A DNA stretch of 64,000 nt from the NCBI GenBank assembly GCA_054600435.1, contig BAAIJX010000045.1, forward strand, positions 1 through 64,000. Direction: 5' to 3'. Made by a program: the position numbers and the translations under genes. The notes beneath the pieces are model-generated. The model saw only the letters and a list, made by a program, of their open reading frames with translations, ran no database searches and was not told the origin of the DNA. Numbering within the stretch: position 1 is the stretch's first letter; every line of letters begins with the position of its first letter. Of the stretch, positions 25,447-40,832 are shown piece by piece. The DNA comes from Neophaeotheca triangularis (lineage: Eukaryota).

Positions 25447-28400
25447 CTACCTCCCCTTCTTCCCCTTCCCAGCAGTGCCATTACCATTAGCCTGCCCCAC
25501 CGGCCTCGGAGGCGCGACAGCCCCCTCATCCTTAAACGTAACCCCCTTAACCAAAACCTCCGAAATCCCCTCTAACCCGGCAACAAAAACACACAAACAA
25601 CTGGCGACAAAGAAAACACTAATACTCTCTCCAATCTCCAACCAGCTACCTTCATCCCTGACAGCCCAGAAAAACCGCAAAGTTAAAAAGTCGCCCAAAC
25701 CCATGACGACGGCGAAAAGACTGCCACCTCGGAGTCGGAGTCTCTTGGTGAGGATTCCAAGGTTGGCGGAGACGAGGATGAAGGGCGCGAGAATTTTGAA
25801 CATGAGGAGCGCGCCTTGGCTGAAGGGGTCGAAGATGGGGATTAGGCGGTAGACGGCTTCGAGGCTGAAGGAGGAGATGGAGGCGATGTTGCCTGTGCTG
25901 AAGAAGGCGGATTGCAGGAGATAGAGGAAGAGGAGGGAGGTGCGGGTGTCGGAGAGCGTTAAGGGGCGGTAGGTTGGTTGCGGGGCGTTTGCGGGGTTTA
26001 ACGGGTCGGTGAGCTCGGTTTTGAGATCGCTTGTTGGGTTTACTGGTGAGGTTCTGCTGAGCGTGAGCAGGTGGATGCGGTGTTCGAGGCGGACCCAAGT
26101 GACGAGAGTGACGGAGATGGCGAAGTAGAAGAGGCCTTCGTAGCTGATTGTTAGGATGATGAAGGTTGGGCCGAGGGCGAGGAAGATGACGGCCAGGCGG
26201 TGGAGGTACTCGTCGCGAGGTTGCAGAGCGTGTAGGAAGGGTACGATCAGAGAGGTGATGAGCACGATCCAACCAAGCATTTGTGTGCCGAGAGGGAGAC
26301 CCTGTTTCGCTTGTAGAGAGATTACGCCGGACCGCGTGACTACCATTGCGAGAGCTACGAGGCCGACCTGAATGCCGAGGAGAGTGCGGGAGAGGGTGTC
26401 GTCCTTGTTTGATGCCAGTTTGTTGTTACTGTCCTGATCGGTGCGGGCGAGCAGACTCTTTTCGAAGAAGATGTAAAGGAGACCGAGAAGCAGAACAAGA
26501 GCTCCGCCGGTCAATATGAGCGTCAAACTTTCCACTTTGAGCGCGGGAAGCAGAGTGAAGGCGCTCATAGAAACACAAGAAAGCGCCCAAGTCGCACAGA
26601 GGAGCCAATTGGCGCGTACAAAGTCCATCCCAGATAGCATAGGCCAGAATGCTATGGCGATGTACACAATGGTGTAGACTTCACGGTGGTAGTAGCTCTG
26701 CACCATGACCTCTAGCATCCCGATGAAAGCAAGGAAGTTCAAGCCTAACTTCGAGACGTCGCCTCGAGACATCTTCGAGAAGAGCATGTTCTTGCCTTCG
26801 ATCAACGCTCTTCGACGAGCAAAGACCTCTTCCCAGAATACTACAGGGAAGAAGGCGTACACGTAATAGCGGATAGTCGAGGACTGAATGAACAGAAGAG
26901 CGTACAACCCGACAAGAAAAGACGAGAAAGCGATGATGCTTCCTGTACTCCGCGATGTTGCGACCTTGCCATCGAGCACATATACATCCACGGCAGTAGT
27001 AAAAGCGAAAGCGATCCATCCGAGGTATCCTGCGGTCACCAGCAGTCGTAAGAAGAGCCAGTCGTAGGTTTGCAAGTAGCGTAGACCCTGGAGACCAAGC
27101 TTGATGAGCTCGTCTGAGGCCTCGATTGCTTGCTGATACTGGCCATTGTCGATCAAGGATTGGATAAAGGTACATCGCTCCTCAACAGTCTCTCCCTCTT
27201 TTGCGAAACCTGAATAAGGCTTGTAGCGAAGTTCTGCCTTCATCTTTTCCAGCTCCTTGACATGGTACATCTCAAGAATGCTACGAGCATTTGTGTACAG
27301 AGCTTGAGCCTTCTGCTTGTCGTCCGTGTCCAGATACGCCAGCGGAAGCTCGCCAACAGAGTTTACAGGGTACTCCAGTCCAGCTAGGTACGCCATGAGA
27401 GCGGCAACATTTGCCTGCGGCACGTCGTTTCGCTTTACATGCGCGAGGTTCCAGTCGTCCGAGAAGCCGTCCTCGTGGCCAGGTGCCTTTCCACTGCCCA
27501 CCGTGACCGGCTTCGCCACGCCCGATCCCCAAGCGATCAAAGGGGTCCTAGTGTTGTCTGGATGTCCGTCTCCATGGCTTCCCCAATCACTCATGCCATG
27601 ATCTGCAGTAAAGACATAAGCCGTCTCTCCATCGCCGTAGAAGTTCTCAATCAGCTCAGTAATCTCCTTCACACCCTCGTCGACTACCTGTATGTTGTGC
27701 AAATACTCTTTCGAATACGGCCGATACGAATGCCCCGAGGTGTCCAGCCCTAGCAGATGCAGGAAGAAGACAATCTTGTCCTCTCGCAACCGCGCATCCA
27801 ATTCCGGGTCTGTTTCCGCGTCCTTGAAAAGCTTCTTCACTCCATCGAAGACCCAGAAATCCAACTCTGTCGCATCCTTACTGAAATCCTCAAACTCGTG
27901 CCCGTATGTCTGATCCTCCACTCTGCCTGGCACAGCACCAGTAGAGAACATGGGCAAGATGTCGGGACTTCCCCAGCTCCATGTATGCCTACTGCGGTTG
28001 AAGACACTGTCGAAGTTGACAGGGTTCATCTTCCAGCCTGTCATTACCGCCGAGACATCTTCGTATAGTCCTGCGATGAGCGCTACATGGCCGGGTCGAG
28101 ACTCTGTCGGCACGCGAGTATGCGACACACCAAAGGTACCATGCTCGAGGACCCTCGATCGAAGGAAAGGTGCCATTGGGCGGGGTTCAAGGGCGGATGA
28201 GTCGTTGTAAGCGGAGGGCGAAGGATCCGGGAAAGATTGGAAGGCTTTATCCGCTCTTAGGCCATCGCCTTGGTGGTAGCGTGTTAGAAACTACTCTCGA
28301 CTGCCATGGTGATTCCGAACCCTGCCATACCGACATAAAGGACCAACCTCTTCGCCGGCGCCTTTTCGCTTTCCACTTTGAATGGGCGCATGCCCTGCAC

Positions 28401-28499
28401 TATGGGCGAGACGAAGTAGACGTCGAAGATGGTGTAAATGTAGGTAACGTGGAATACCACGGCAATGGCTAGGAAGCCCAACCGTCCAAGTCGAGCCAT
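25447..28499 (-). CDS. MCD4: GPI ethanolamine phosphate transferase 1 (PIG-N/Mcd4), 2 exons
   Basis: IFDVYFVSP..PAKRLVLYVG|DGLRADK after an intron at ~28270-28330. SHTRVPTESRPGHVALIAG, FLHLLGLDTSGH, FTADHGMSDWGSHGDG, then a multi-TM C-terminus ending EGSWLEIG. Confidence 0.96.
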
Positions 28500-29371
28500 G
28501 TTGAGAGGTGAGAGGGCGTGGGAGGTAGAGGGGGAGAGAGGTGACCTCCTGGTCAGGTAGGTAGGTCGAAGAGAGGTCGAGAATCACGAGCGCGTTATGA
28601 TAACCATCAGGGTTGGAAGATGGATGCGCATTGGTTCGAAGCTGCCTCCCTGCGTCAGCCCAGGGACCTTAGGAGGCTCTGCGGTGCCAAGGGCGGATAT
28701 GTGAAATCTGGGGGCGGAGCTCCAACGGCAGTTCGCTGGTTGGTTCCTTGTCGTGTTTGCCGTCCTGCAACGTTCTGGGCACCTACCTGTATCGACAGCG
28801 AAGTTCAGCCATGGTCATAGTAGTCGGATTCAATATAAGTTCGGACATGTCGATTATCAACAGTTGGGGCATCTCAATTGCGAAAAGCTCCAGAATAAAT
28901 CTCATGCACTGATGCTAGCCCTGACAGCTATTCAGAGCTTCAAGCTTGCATACAGCCAGCTTGACGTGGATGTCTACTATCCGTGGGGCTTTTGAGGGTC
29001 AGAGTTTGGGTGGACTACTCTTCCATGATGGAGTGTCTACTGTATATATTGTTCACGGGCATGTTCGCCGCGGTGGTCGAAACATTGTCTTCAAGGATAG
29101 AGACATCTTTCAAAAAAAATTCATTGACATGTTACGTGAGAACCATCGCTGCCAAACACTCGGCGATGCTGTAGAATCGGCTATTGCTCTCGTCCCCCGG
29201 CATTTGAAGGCAACTGGGCCCAGATGCAATGCGGTCTCCTCAAGGCGACTATAAATTTACCTGCAAGTGCATCTTTGGACGAGTTTACTTGATCGAGAGA
29301 AGTGTTTGAACTTGATCACTATCTCATATCCCTCATCACTCCACCATTCATAATCTCACACCTAAGCCAAC

Positions 29372-30506
29372 ATGACCAACATGCCCAACAACGAGCTCAA
29401 AGGCCGCCTGGCCTTGATCACAGGTGCTTCAGGCGGGTAGGTCGAGACTCTGGGATCAGACAAGAAGGAGCCATAATATCTAACCCTCAACAGCATAGGC
29501 GCCGCCTGCGCCCTGCAGCTCGCTGCGGAAGGCTGCGATCTAGCCTTGACCTACTCCTCCAGCAAAGAAGCCGTCGACGCCATCGCCGAGAAGATCAAGG
29601 CCGAAGCCTCATCGCGCAACTTCGAGTCTCAGAGAGTCTCGATCCACAAAGCGGACATGGGCGTTCCGGACGAAGTCGTGAAGGTGTGCCAGGCTGTGAG
29701 GGCCGAGCACGGTAGGGGTGTTGAAGTGCTGGTCGCTAATGCCGGTGCGTTATCTCCTCCCTACCGAATGTAGCAAAAGTGTCCTACGATATGAGATTGC
29801 ACTGAATTCAGACTCGTCTGGCATGATTCCGCGGGAGTCGGGGTGGTCAACGTGAGCGGTCGATCTAACGAGGACAACAGGCTACGGCAAACGCATCCGC
29901 GATGTCTCCGAGATCCCCCTAGAGGAGTTCGAGCACACTCTCAACGTGAATCTGCGCGCTCCGTTCCTGTGTGTCAAAGGCGTAGTCGACGACATGAAAG
30001 CCGCGCGGTGGGGCCGTATCATCTTCATGTCCTCAATCGCAGCGTACGGGGGTGGAGCCAACGTAAGCCATATCCCCCAGACAATCGACAAAGTCCCCTA
30101 CCGCCATGCACTTTCAATGCGAACACGGAAACTAATCTCGCACCCCCCTTATCAAACACAGGGCTGCCACTACGCGGCCTCCAAAGGAGGCATGACCGCC
30201 ATGTCCCGCAACCTCTCGACGACGTTGGCACCGTGGAACATTTCCGTCAACGACGTAGCCCCCGCAATGATCGGAAACACAGGCGAGTACATACCCACAA
30301 AGCTAGATACATACCTTAGCAGTGTCTCTAACCGGGCATGCATATCAGGCATGTTCCCCAATCCGGACACGCTACCCGGGCTCGTGGATTCCATTCCCCT
30401 GAAACGGCTTGGAGAGCCCGACGAGGTCGCCAATGCCGTTACGATGCTGGCGAAAACCGGGTGGATGACTGGACAGAGCTTGTTGATGACTGGCGGGTTG
30501 AAGTAG
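29372..30506 (+). CDS. Short-chain dehydrogenase/reductase (FabG-like), 5 exons
   Basis: ITGASGG|IG Rossmann motif, VANAG, VNLRAPF, WGRIIFMSS, YAASK catalytic motif, RLGEPDEVA. Introns at ~29437-29493, ~29745-29880, 30063-30161 and 30283-30348 (GC-AG). Confidence 0.88.
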
Positions 30507-31922
30507 TTTAGTCGCGTACCTTATCTTGGGGCAGTGGTGTTTCTTCCCTGTGTTTGATAGCCGATCGAATCATGGGGCAGGACTGGTGGCTGGAACCGGG
30601 TGATGCAAAACTGTGTGGAAGCCACAAACTGGGGTTGCAAACGCCATCCATCAAGCGGGCTGGAGGTGTAAAAAACGTGGGCTGCAGGGGTACCTTTTGG
30701 CCAGATTGCTGTATCGACCTACCGTAAAATTCAATTCAGAGCAGGGTAGATATCTTGGCATTTGATCGCGTGCGTTTTGAGCAAGATGTGGAAGATGGTG
30801 CCGATGAGCCAACGTTACAGTCGAATGAGGTTGTCGTTGCTTTGAAATGTGCTCCTCGACGGACATTTGGGGAAGGGGGCGAAACAGTGGTGGGGTCTGT
30901 TCTCGCCTGCCTGCCTTGCCTGTCACTCGACCACGTCTTCGACTCGAACGATAATAAGTTCGACTTTGCAGCATTCTTCTCTTCGAAGTGAACGTTTAAG
31001 CGACCTTTACATGGCCGCCTTGGTATCGAAGCTATCCAATCGAAAGATCTGGGACCGAGCACCCGCGAAGGACCGAGATTAGAAACCGACGGCTTGTTCT
31101 TCCGTGGAAAGGGTCTCTCAAGACGTGTGTACGTAGGTAGTAGACGGAAAACTTCAAGCTGCGCGTATGAGATGGATGCATAGGTGGCGATGTCGTCGTC
31201 TGCTACACTTGGACGTCACCATCGACCGTCATAAATTTCATTTGCATCGAATCACCGTATAAGAAAAATTTCGGGCTGTGCAATTCGCGGTACACGGGAA
31301 ATACGGCTGTGTGGCAAAAATGATTGCTGTAGCCTGTTGGGTTTCGGCAGCCCATGTACAGCAAAATCCGATCCACTGTATGTACTCGGGTACTAGGAGG
31401 TAGGCCTCGTACCTAATGTATCATCGATCATGTGATGAGTGCGTGCGTTATACACGTGCAAGAGTACCGATCACATGATGGCTGCATGCGTTACACACGT
31501 GCAAATACCTAGAGAAACGGTCTAGATTTGGTATGTCGGCGAGGCTGTGCAGCGGCAGTTCCGCAGATGATGATAAAAGTGAGAGGGATGATGTCGTGGT
31601 GGGGCCTGAGGCATCGGATGAGTGTCTGTAGACTGTGCATCGTGGCGGACCGTAATGGAAGGGCAGTAGTGAGGTGGAGATCGAATCACGTTGACCTTGT
31701 ATGTCAGCTCTCTGCCTCACGATTCCCGAGTCCCGACGCTTGGATAGGATTCGGCGTGGTTGATGTATAAAACTAATGAGATAACTAACCTTCCTTATGC
31801 ACGCTGGATTCACGTCCAACGAGCCGTGGACCACAAATATTTAAAATCATTGGATTACAGTGCACGGCCATCACGTTGACCCGTACCACGGACTATGACC
31901 TAATAAAGTAGGAGATTATTAT

Positions 31923-31950
31923 GCTTTTGCTTTTGCTTTTGCTTTTGCTT
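31923..31950. repeat. (GCTTTT)n short tandem repeat
   Basis: gcttttgcttttgcttttgcttttgctt in the long region upstream of the permease. Confidence 0.8.
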
Positions 31951-33017
31951 AGGCTAGGCCAGGCCAGCTCCACCTCCGCAATGCTTCCTCACCCTCATCC
32001 TCGGACTACGGAGCCTTGAGGTATTCATTGAGTGCGACTTCATCTCGTGCCGAGATACGATAAGGTATACATGTAGTAGTACGGGCAGTACCTAGTACCT
32101 ACCCATCACCCAAGTGGCAGGGTCAGGATTGGAATCAAGCTCCGGAGATGTGCAGCACCAAGAAATACCTTAAGCAACGGAAGACTTGACTGGAAAGAGA
32201 GAAGCTGTGCAGTAGGCGAGATAAGAAATTGCCAACCATCGGTACATACCTAGGTACATACATAGTAGTCAGATCTAGAGAGTCGAGTCGAGTGACAAGA
32301 GTACAAGACCGCCTCGAGCCTGGACCAGTACATAGTAGTACTAGTGGACCTCGCCGCATCTACCAAGCATCCAAGTCAACTTAGCCAGACGAGGCTTAGC
32401 TTAGCGTACTACTGACTACGAGACTACCTACTAGTAGGTACTCTCAGTAGTACTCTACTCCCTTCGTACCTTCTCATGCCAAGCATCCTATGTCGTCTCT
32501 GTATGGTCGACCTCACGGGGACATAGAACAACCTTCCGACTCTTCCCTGCCCGCTCCATCGTGTGCTCTCGCATGCCTGCTCCGACCTGGTCTAGTCTAG
32601 CTTCCGGCCCAGTAGCAAATCCAAAATCTGAGAGAACCCGCTCACCCCTCCCACGCTTCTTTACCCCCCTATGCGCTCATGCGCCATCGCTAAAAACGTG
32701 AATCTGGCCCCGCCGCCATGGTTTGATCTCGCCTCGTTATTATATTCCACCCTTTCCACTGGACCGTTTCGTTTCGTTTTGTTTCGTTTCGCTTCATTCC
32801 ATTCCACCCTCTGCCCACGCCTGGCACTCACCTTTATACCACCACCACATGTATAGTGTGTCTCTTAGCTGATCTTGAACCTGCGCTGAACCTTTCCCTC
32901 CCAATCTACCCTCAACCCTCTCCCCATTGCGCCCACCCCCAAAGCGACTACACCCTTCCTGGGTACTCCCAAAGCAACTCTTACTCCCCGGCTCGACCCT
33001 CCTTGCCCTACGCGACC

Positions 33018-34891
33018 ATGGGCTTCCTCGATAACTACAAGAAGGGCGAGAAGCGGGACACGGATTCCGATGAGCTGCCCAACTACGACAATGCCGTCGA
33101 CGGCGAGGTCCAGACCGGCTTCGTCGCCGACAACACAGACATGTTGCACCGTAAACTTGCCAACCGTCAAATCCAGCTTATTGCCATTGGTGGTAGTATC
33201 GGCACAGCCCTCTTCGTCTCCATCGGTCAAGGTCTCGCCAAGGGTGGTCCCGGTAGCCTTTTCCTCGCCTACACCGGTTACTCCCTGATTCGCGCCTGTA
33301 TGAACAACGGCCTTGCTGAAATGATTACCTACCAACCCGTAGCTGGCGGTTTCATCCGCCTTGCTGGACACTGGGTAGACGACGCCCTTGGATTCACCGC
33401 CGGCTGGAACTTCTTCTTCTACGAGGCCATCCTGATACCCTTCGAAATCACCGCCTTGAATCTTGTTCTGGGCTTTTGGAGCGATAACATCCCACCTGCG
33501 GCCATTATCGTTGCGTGCATTGTCCTCTATGCGTACGGCTCCCATTTCCCAATGCGACTTTTTCTGCGAGAGCGACTACCCAAACCAATCCTTGCTGCTT
33601 TTACCCACATGCGACACATACCCATTGCGTCCTACATGCTAAACTTTTGATTCATAGGCTACTCAACATTCTCGCTGTCAGCGCTTACGGTGAGGCCGAA
33701 TTTTGGCTCTCCGGCGGCAAAGTTATTCTCATCTTTCTGCTATTCGGCTTCACCTTCGTGACCATGGTCGGCGGCAACCCAGCCGGCGACGCTTACGGCT
33801 TTCGATACTGGGAAACCCCTGGCTCCTTTGCGACGTGGATCAGCAGTGGCTCGCTCGGTCGCTTCGAGGGCTTCCTCGCCGCGCTCTGGTCTGCAGCCTT
33901 CACAGTCGTCGGACCGGAATACATTGCCATGGTCGCCGCCGAGGCCAAGCGCCCACGCACTTACATCAAGAACGCCTTCAAGACCGTATACTGGCGCTAC
34001 GCCATTTTCTTCATCGGCGGCGCCCTATGCTGCGGCATCGTCGTCCCCTACGACGACGACACCCTCAAAGGCATCATCGCCGGCACCGACACATCGAGCG
34101 GCGCGGCAGCGTCTCCTTACGTCATCGCCATGGAAAACATGGCCATCGAAGTCCTCCCGCACATTGTTAACGTGCTTCTCATCACCTCCATCTTCAGCGC
34201 CGGCAACACCTACACCTACTGCGCCACTCGTTCCCTCTACTCGCTCTCCCTCGAAGGCCGCGCGCCCAAATTCCTGCGCTACACCACCCGCAACGGTGTC
34301 CCCATCTGGTGCTTCTGCGTCGTCATGTGCTTCCCCTTCCTCGCCTTCCTCCAAGTCAGCTCCGACGCCAGCACAGCGCTGACCTGGCTGGTCAACCTCA
34401 CCACCGCCGCCGGCCTCATCGACTACATCATCATCAGCATAACCTTCATCTTCTACTACCGCGCCACGCAAGCCCAAGGCTTCGACCGCAAAAAGCTCCC
34501 TTACTGCGGCTGGTTCCAACCCTACTGCGCCTGGATCAACCTCGTCTTCGAAATCCTCGTCGCCCTCTTCTTCGGCTACGCCTCCTTCAAACCCGAATGG
34601 AGCACTTCCACCTTCTTCAGCAACTACGTCATGGTCGGCGTCGCGCCGCTGCTCTTCGTCTTTTGGAAATTCTTCAAGGGCACCAAATTCGTCAAGCCCC
34701 ACGAGTGCGATCTCATCTTCCAGGCCCCGCTCATCGATGCTTACGAGGCTACGCTCGTGGGCCCGCCCACCGGTTTCTGGACCGAGATGGTACAGCTTGT
34801 CGGTTTCAAGCGCGGGCAAAAGGAGAACGACAAGAGGGTCGGTGAGGTTCGAGGGCGCTCTGACTCTACTCGCGCCATGTCGGAGGTCTGA
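33018..34891 (+). CDS. APC-superfamily amino acid permease (Agp2-like), 2 exons
   Basis: RQIQLIAIGGSIGTALFVSIG, YGEAEFW, GFRYW..PG, GPEYIAMVAAEAKRPR, SPYVIA, NTYTYCATRSLY. Intron at ~33533-33657. Confidence 0.93.
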
Positions 34892-35214
34892 GGCATGGGC
34901 GGTCGGTTTGATTTGTATTCATTTACCCCGGTTGAGTAGGTGGGGACGTTTAGACATCCTTTCACCATGTTCTTAAGTATAGTAAGAGATATGAAAGCCA
35001 GCTAGCTAGTTTGACTACGAACCGAAATCAAATTTTTTGAATTTGCACACATCTCTTTTCGTCCGATGCTTTCATACTCTATAAACTACTGTGAATGCCA
35101 AAAAAAGCATCATCATCCACACTCAAATCTCGAATCTACTTCCTACCCTTCCAATCAGCGCATCTTCCCACAACACTTCCACCGCTCTAAGGGGGTAGAG
35201 GTAGCGTTGCTTGA

Positions 35215-35215
35215 G

Positions 35216-35244
<29 letters not shown>
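35215..35244. repeat. Poly-A tract
   Basis: About 29-nt A run between the convergent permease and PGI1 genes. Confidence 0.9.
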
Positions 35245-35246
<2 letters not shown>

Positions 35247-35905
35247 AGAGCATCCAAGCCTCCCGCGTCCAGCGCCAAGTCCGGCCAGCCTATATACTGC
35301 CACGCACCAAGGTCTCCTCGAGGAGGAGCAAAGTGTGGAAAATCCACATTTTTATTTTCTTTTTGCCCGTTCTGCCGCCACACGGCCATGTCGGTGCTTT
35401 GTTTGGTCTTGGGGAAAACGCCGCCCGTGCTGTGCTGTCACTGTCAGCAGGGCTGAGATTCCTTCCACACGGAGAGGTGTATGAGTGACTTGCTCCGTTT
35501 TTTTTTTTTTTTTTATATCTATGCAAGCGAAAGAAAGAGTTGGCCGGAGTGAAAGGCGTCGAGAGCTTGCAAATGACTACTTTGGAAGGGGTGGTGGTGA
35601 TGATGATGACGAGAGGTGCGATCAGAGAGGGAACGTTCAGCATGGATGAGCGAAGGAAGAGAGAGCACTGGAGGTAGCATTTTCGCATGGCACACACAAA
35701 TGAAAGGGGGTTTTTTTTTTTGAACTTTTGCTTCGTGGTACGTTATTTACGTCTCATGTGAAGCCGTAGCTCGTGACCGCATCGCTATCGACATTGCACG
35801 CGTCTTCGAAACCTTTCCGTCCTTATCTGCTGCTACCGCGCTGATTCACAACTTCGAAGCCACGTCTGCTTCAGTGTTGCCGTTGTCGACTCCACGACCA
35901 TCTAT

Positions 35906-37646
<1,741 letters not shown>

Positions 37647-38288
37647 TCAGCTGGGGGGGATTGTTGAGTTCGGGGAGGTCTTTGTAGCTGGAAGCGGTGT
37701 TAGCCGATCCCTGCCTGCTCGAGCATCGCCGTCGCAAACTTGCCTTCCTGATTGGATTGGTAAGAAGATGCGCAGGGATTGGTAGGCTTGCTGGCGTGAT
37801 GTGAAGGTGAGGAAAAAAGTGAGGCAGCTCTCAACTCTTCGAAGGAACCCAAGTAGACTACTAGACACAGGTGACGATGAAGTGGGGCTTGGAGCGTGTG
37901 GCGGGGTGTCCATGCGAGGTGCGGTCAGACAGCCAATGGGATGATGAGTGCTGCGATTGCCGCTTGGGCTTCACTACCTTACTACTACAAGTAATAAGGT
38001 ATTGTTACTGTACAGCATTGACATGATGTTAGGAGATACATGCATTCGAGGTTTGCTACTCCTTTTGATGGCTGCAACGCTACTTCCATGTGGGTATACT
38101 AATTAGCTACGGGTATATGCTTCCTTAGCTACAGTCGATCGTCATCACTGTGAAGCTGGCTAAAATATTCTCCCGCTGTATGTTTGTCCCCTCCGTCCAT
38201 GGCTTCAACCACATCGGTGCCCTTAGGCATTGAAGTCTTGACGCCGTTTTGGTAGCCGTCTCGTCAAACCCGAGAGAAAGACGCAGGC

Positions 38289-39191
38289 CTAACGGGGTTC
38301 GACTTCCCACAGCTTAGGATCCACGGCATTCATGAGGGCGAGAATGATCGCTTCGCCACGAAGATCGAGCAGTTTGCGGATGGTTTCGATGTTCGCAATA
38401 TGCTGTGTCCAGGAGGCTTGCGCAGAGGCTGTTAATTTAGGGGCAGGCCCTTTCTTGAATTCGACGCGCAGGCCTTGCGAAGGATTCAGAGTCAAGACCA
38501 CATCCGCGACTCCACTGGACTCATACCATGGTTTGCCAGTCGACACGCCGAGACGACGGAGGTTGCGGACAGCCCAGAGTCCCGCTCTTTTCACGAAAAT
38601 CTGTGTCACATTGCATACTCTGTCTGCCGCTGTATGGCGGCTTCCAGAAGGGCTAGCTTCTAGCTTGAGGTTTAAGCCAGCGTAGTAGGCTGCAAGAACC
38701 CGCTGCCTCATCGCTTTGTTTATATTTGCAATCGCTGGGATTGACAAGCCTTCGACGCTGACTTTATCACCCCAGCGTTGAACATCACGCACGACAGGCT
38801 CGGACTTTTCAACGGCATGCTCAATCACTCGATGCTTCAATACCTCGGGCAGATCCAACAGTCGAAAAGGCGTCGCAAACTTGGGCAGGAACGTCTTCAG
38901 CTCGTAGGCGTTCCGTTTCACGTGCTCCGGCAGACGGTTGACAACGGTCGGAGAAACGAAATTGAGCATGAAAGCGGCGCAAGCTGAAGACTTCTGCTTC
39001 TTTTGGTTCTGGTCGAGCAGTTGGTTCGCACCCGATGAGGCACGCTTCTGTACGAATCTTGGTTGGAGTACTAGACGCCAATCGTCGTATTTGACCTTTC
39101 CGGCTGCGTCCACGCGCTTGTACCACTCTTCAAAGTCGCTGCCCTCGTGGAGTAATCCGCTCTGGCTTAGCAGGCCAATCTCGGATGACAT
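38289..39191 (-). CDS. Hypothetical 300-aa protein: Gag-like N-terminus plus F-box-like motif (paralog 1)
   Basis: Intronless ORF with F-box-like PFRLLDLPEVLKHRVI. Aligns by eye along its whole length with the 40833-41717 product. Confidence 0.8.
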   Translation of the reverse strand: MSSEIGLLSQSGLLHEGSDFEEWYKRVDAAGKVKYDDWRLVLQPRFVQKRASSGANQLLDQNQKKQKSSACAAFMLNFVSPTVVNRLPEHVKRNAYELKTFLPKFATPFRLLDLPEVLKHRVIEHAVEKSEPVVRDVQRWGDKVSVEGLSIPAIANINKAMRQRVLAAYYAGLNLKLEASPSGSRHTAADRVCNVTQIFVKRAGLWAVRNLRRLGVSTGKPWYESSGVADVVLTLNPSQGLRVEFKKGPAPKLTASAQASWTQHIANIETIRKLLDLRGEAIILALMNAVDPKLWEVEPR

Positions 39192-39840
39192 CCTGGCACT
39201 TGAAGAGAGGCAAGCGAGAAACGCAGGTGATAATGCCTAGGTGGGGATTGGGCTTGTCACGCTTGTGATACTGTCGCCTCCCTGCGGTCTCGGTTTTGTG
39301 TTGCTAAAAGTGGTTCAGATCCGCCAATGGTGAATGAAGGTGTGTGGAGTGCTGGTAGTGGATGGCATGAACGGGGTGTAGTTGTTGCAGACTAGGAGCC
39401 GATGTGTTGCGGTATTGTAGTAAGAGCAGTGGCTTGTCGGGAGGTCGTCAAATCAAGGGCTAGGCTTGCGCACGAATGGAGAAGGTGCAGTTGGAGTAAG
39501 CGTGGCTCCGACCTGAGTGAGGTGCAGTGTCGGTGGGTTCAGTCTGCAGTGCGGTGCGCGTCCGCCCACGGAGAATAGAGGTGACTGAGGGTTTCCGCGT
39601 TCGAGAGAGCGTGTGTCAAGTTCGCCAAGGTGTCGTGCTGTTGCAGCAAGAAGAAGTACCTAGTATGTCGAGAGTAGAGCGTGTGAAGTTTCGGAAAAGC
39701 GTGGTGAGGTTGAGGAAGGAGCGTTGGTGTGAGTAGATGTCGTCGGAACAGGTACTTGGCTTGCCAACTAAAGAGGAAGACGCAACGGCGTAAGTGAGAC
39801 TCCCTTAATGGTACCTACTGACTACAGACATCATATTCAA

Positions 39841-40004
39841 GCTCCCGCAAGCCACTTCAACGAAACCGCCCACGTGACAAAACCAGTACGTTCGCCCCTC
39901 CACAGCAAATGTCGAATCCGGAACTCAAGCTAACTAGACCTTCAGATCCCCCTTCCCCATCCCCCATCCCCTAATAGACCTGGGTTCGAAACCCCGTGGT
40001 AGCG
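39841..40004 (+). pseudogene. Possible degenerate tRNA-like element (B-box/T-arm relic)
   Basis: CTGGG-TTCGAAA-CCCCG-TGGTAGC-G at 39980-40004. GCTCCCG at 39841 could pair 6/7 as an acceptor stem. D-arm and anticodon arm are not recognisable. Confidence 0.25.
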
Positions 40005-40832
40005 CCCGTCCCCTTTCTCAGTCACGACGTTAAATTAGCGACTGAGGCGTCGTGCAGTTCACCGACGTTAAGTACAACTGTCTCGAAAGCTAAACCAATT
40101 CTTCATTGAATGAGTTCACTTTACCTCTAGTGCTTAAGTTACTAGAGGCTTTCTTTTTTCGTCTTTTGAACTTCTTCACAGAATATGCCAATCGGGTGGT
40201 GAGGGAAAAGACGGACGATTAGCGTTTGATTCTACTTCACAGCAATTGTCGACGACGTATCACGTGATACCCAAATCCGAAATAACAAGATTCTTGTCCT
40301 ACTACAGTGCAATTGGAGACGCATCAGGGGTAGGTGTGAGCAGGAGCAAGCGCAATGAGGAATGTACTTTTGCCCATCTTTGCACAGCCTGGAGCTAACG
40401 AACAGGGGCTGGAGAGAATGTTTTTGCAGGCCAGCTAATCGTCGACGCTAAGTTTATCTTCTGGAATAACGCGCTCAACAGTATGCCGACCCAGCGGTGG
40501 GAAATGACCTCTGCACGGCCAGATGCTCCGCTAGCTGATAGCCTGATGCTCGTCCAGGCCGTGACCCGTTCTTTACGCTTGAAGCCTCTAAAACCCTTCG
40601 CCGTCCCTGCATGCGCGCCATAGCGGCCATACCATTCCAGCACAACCAGCAGCTGCCTGTGCATACCCCCTTGAAGCTTTCAATTCGTCATTCTCCTCAC
40701 TACCCATCATTCAATCGAGAGCCCAGATCTCTAGGACAGTGGACTACCGACATGCCTTCGTGAGGCGCTAAAGATCCACGCCTGTATCTTGATGTTGGTA
40801 ACCGCTCGTGTTCGCTTCATTATTGCCACCAC

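Noticed and set aside
24980..25490. ORFs with KQASKQAS / LACLLACL repeats
   Set aside because: These are simply translations of the (GCTT)n microsatellite.
28900..29254. Short ORF fragments upstream of the SDR gene (similar fragments at 30755-31080)
   Set aside because: No ATG-initiated coherent gene model or recognisable motif, so they cannot be supported without homology searches.
34025..34819. Long antisense ORFs (e.g. 264 aa here; also opposite PGI1, GDI1, MDJ1 and the dehydrogenase)
   Set aside because: They are shadows of GC3-rich codon usage on the coding strand and have no family motifs.
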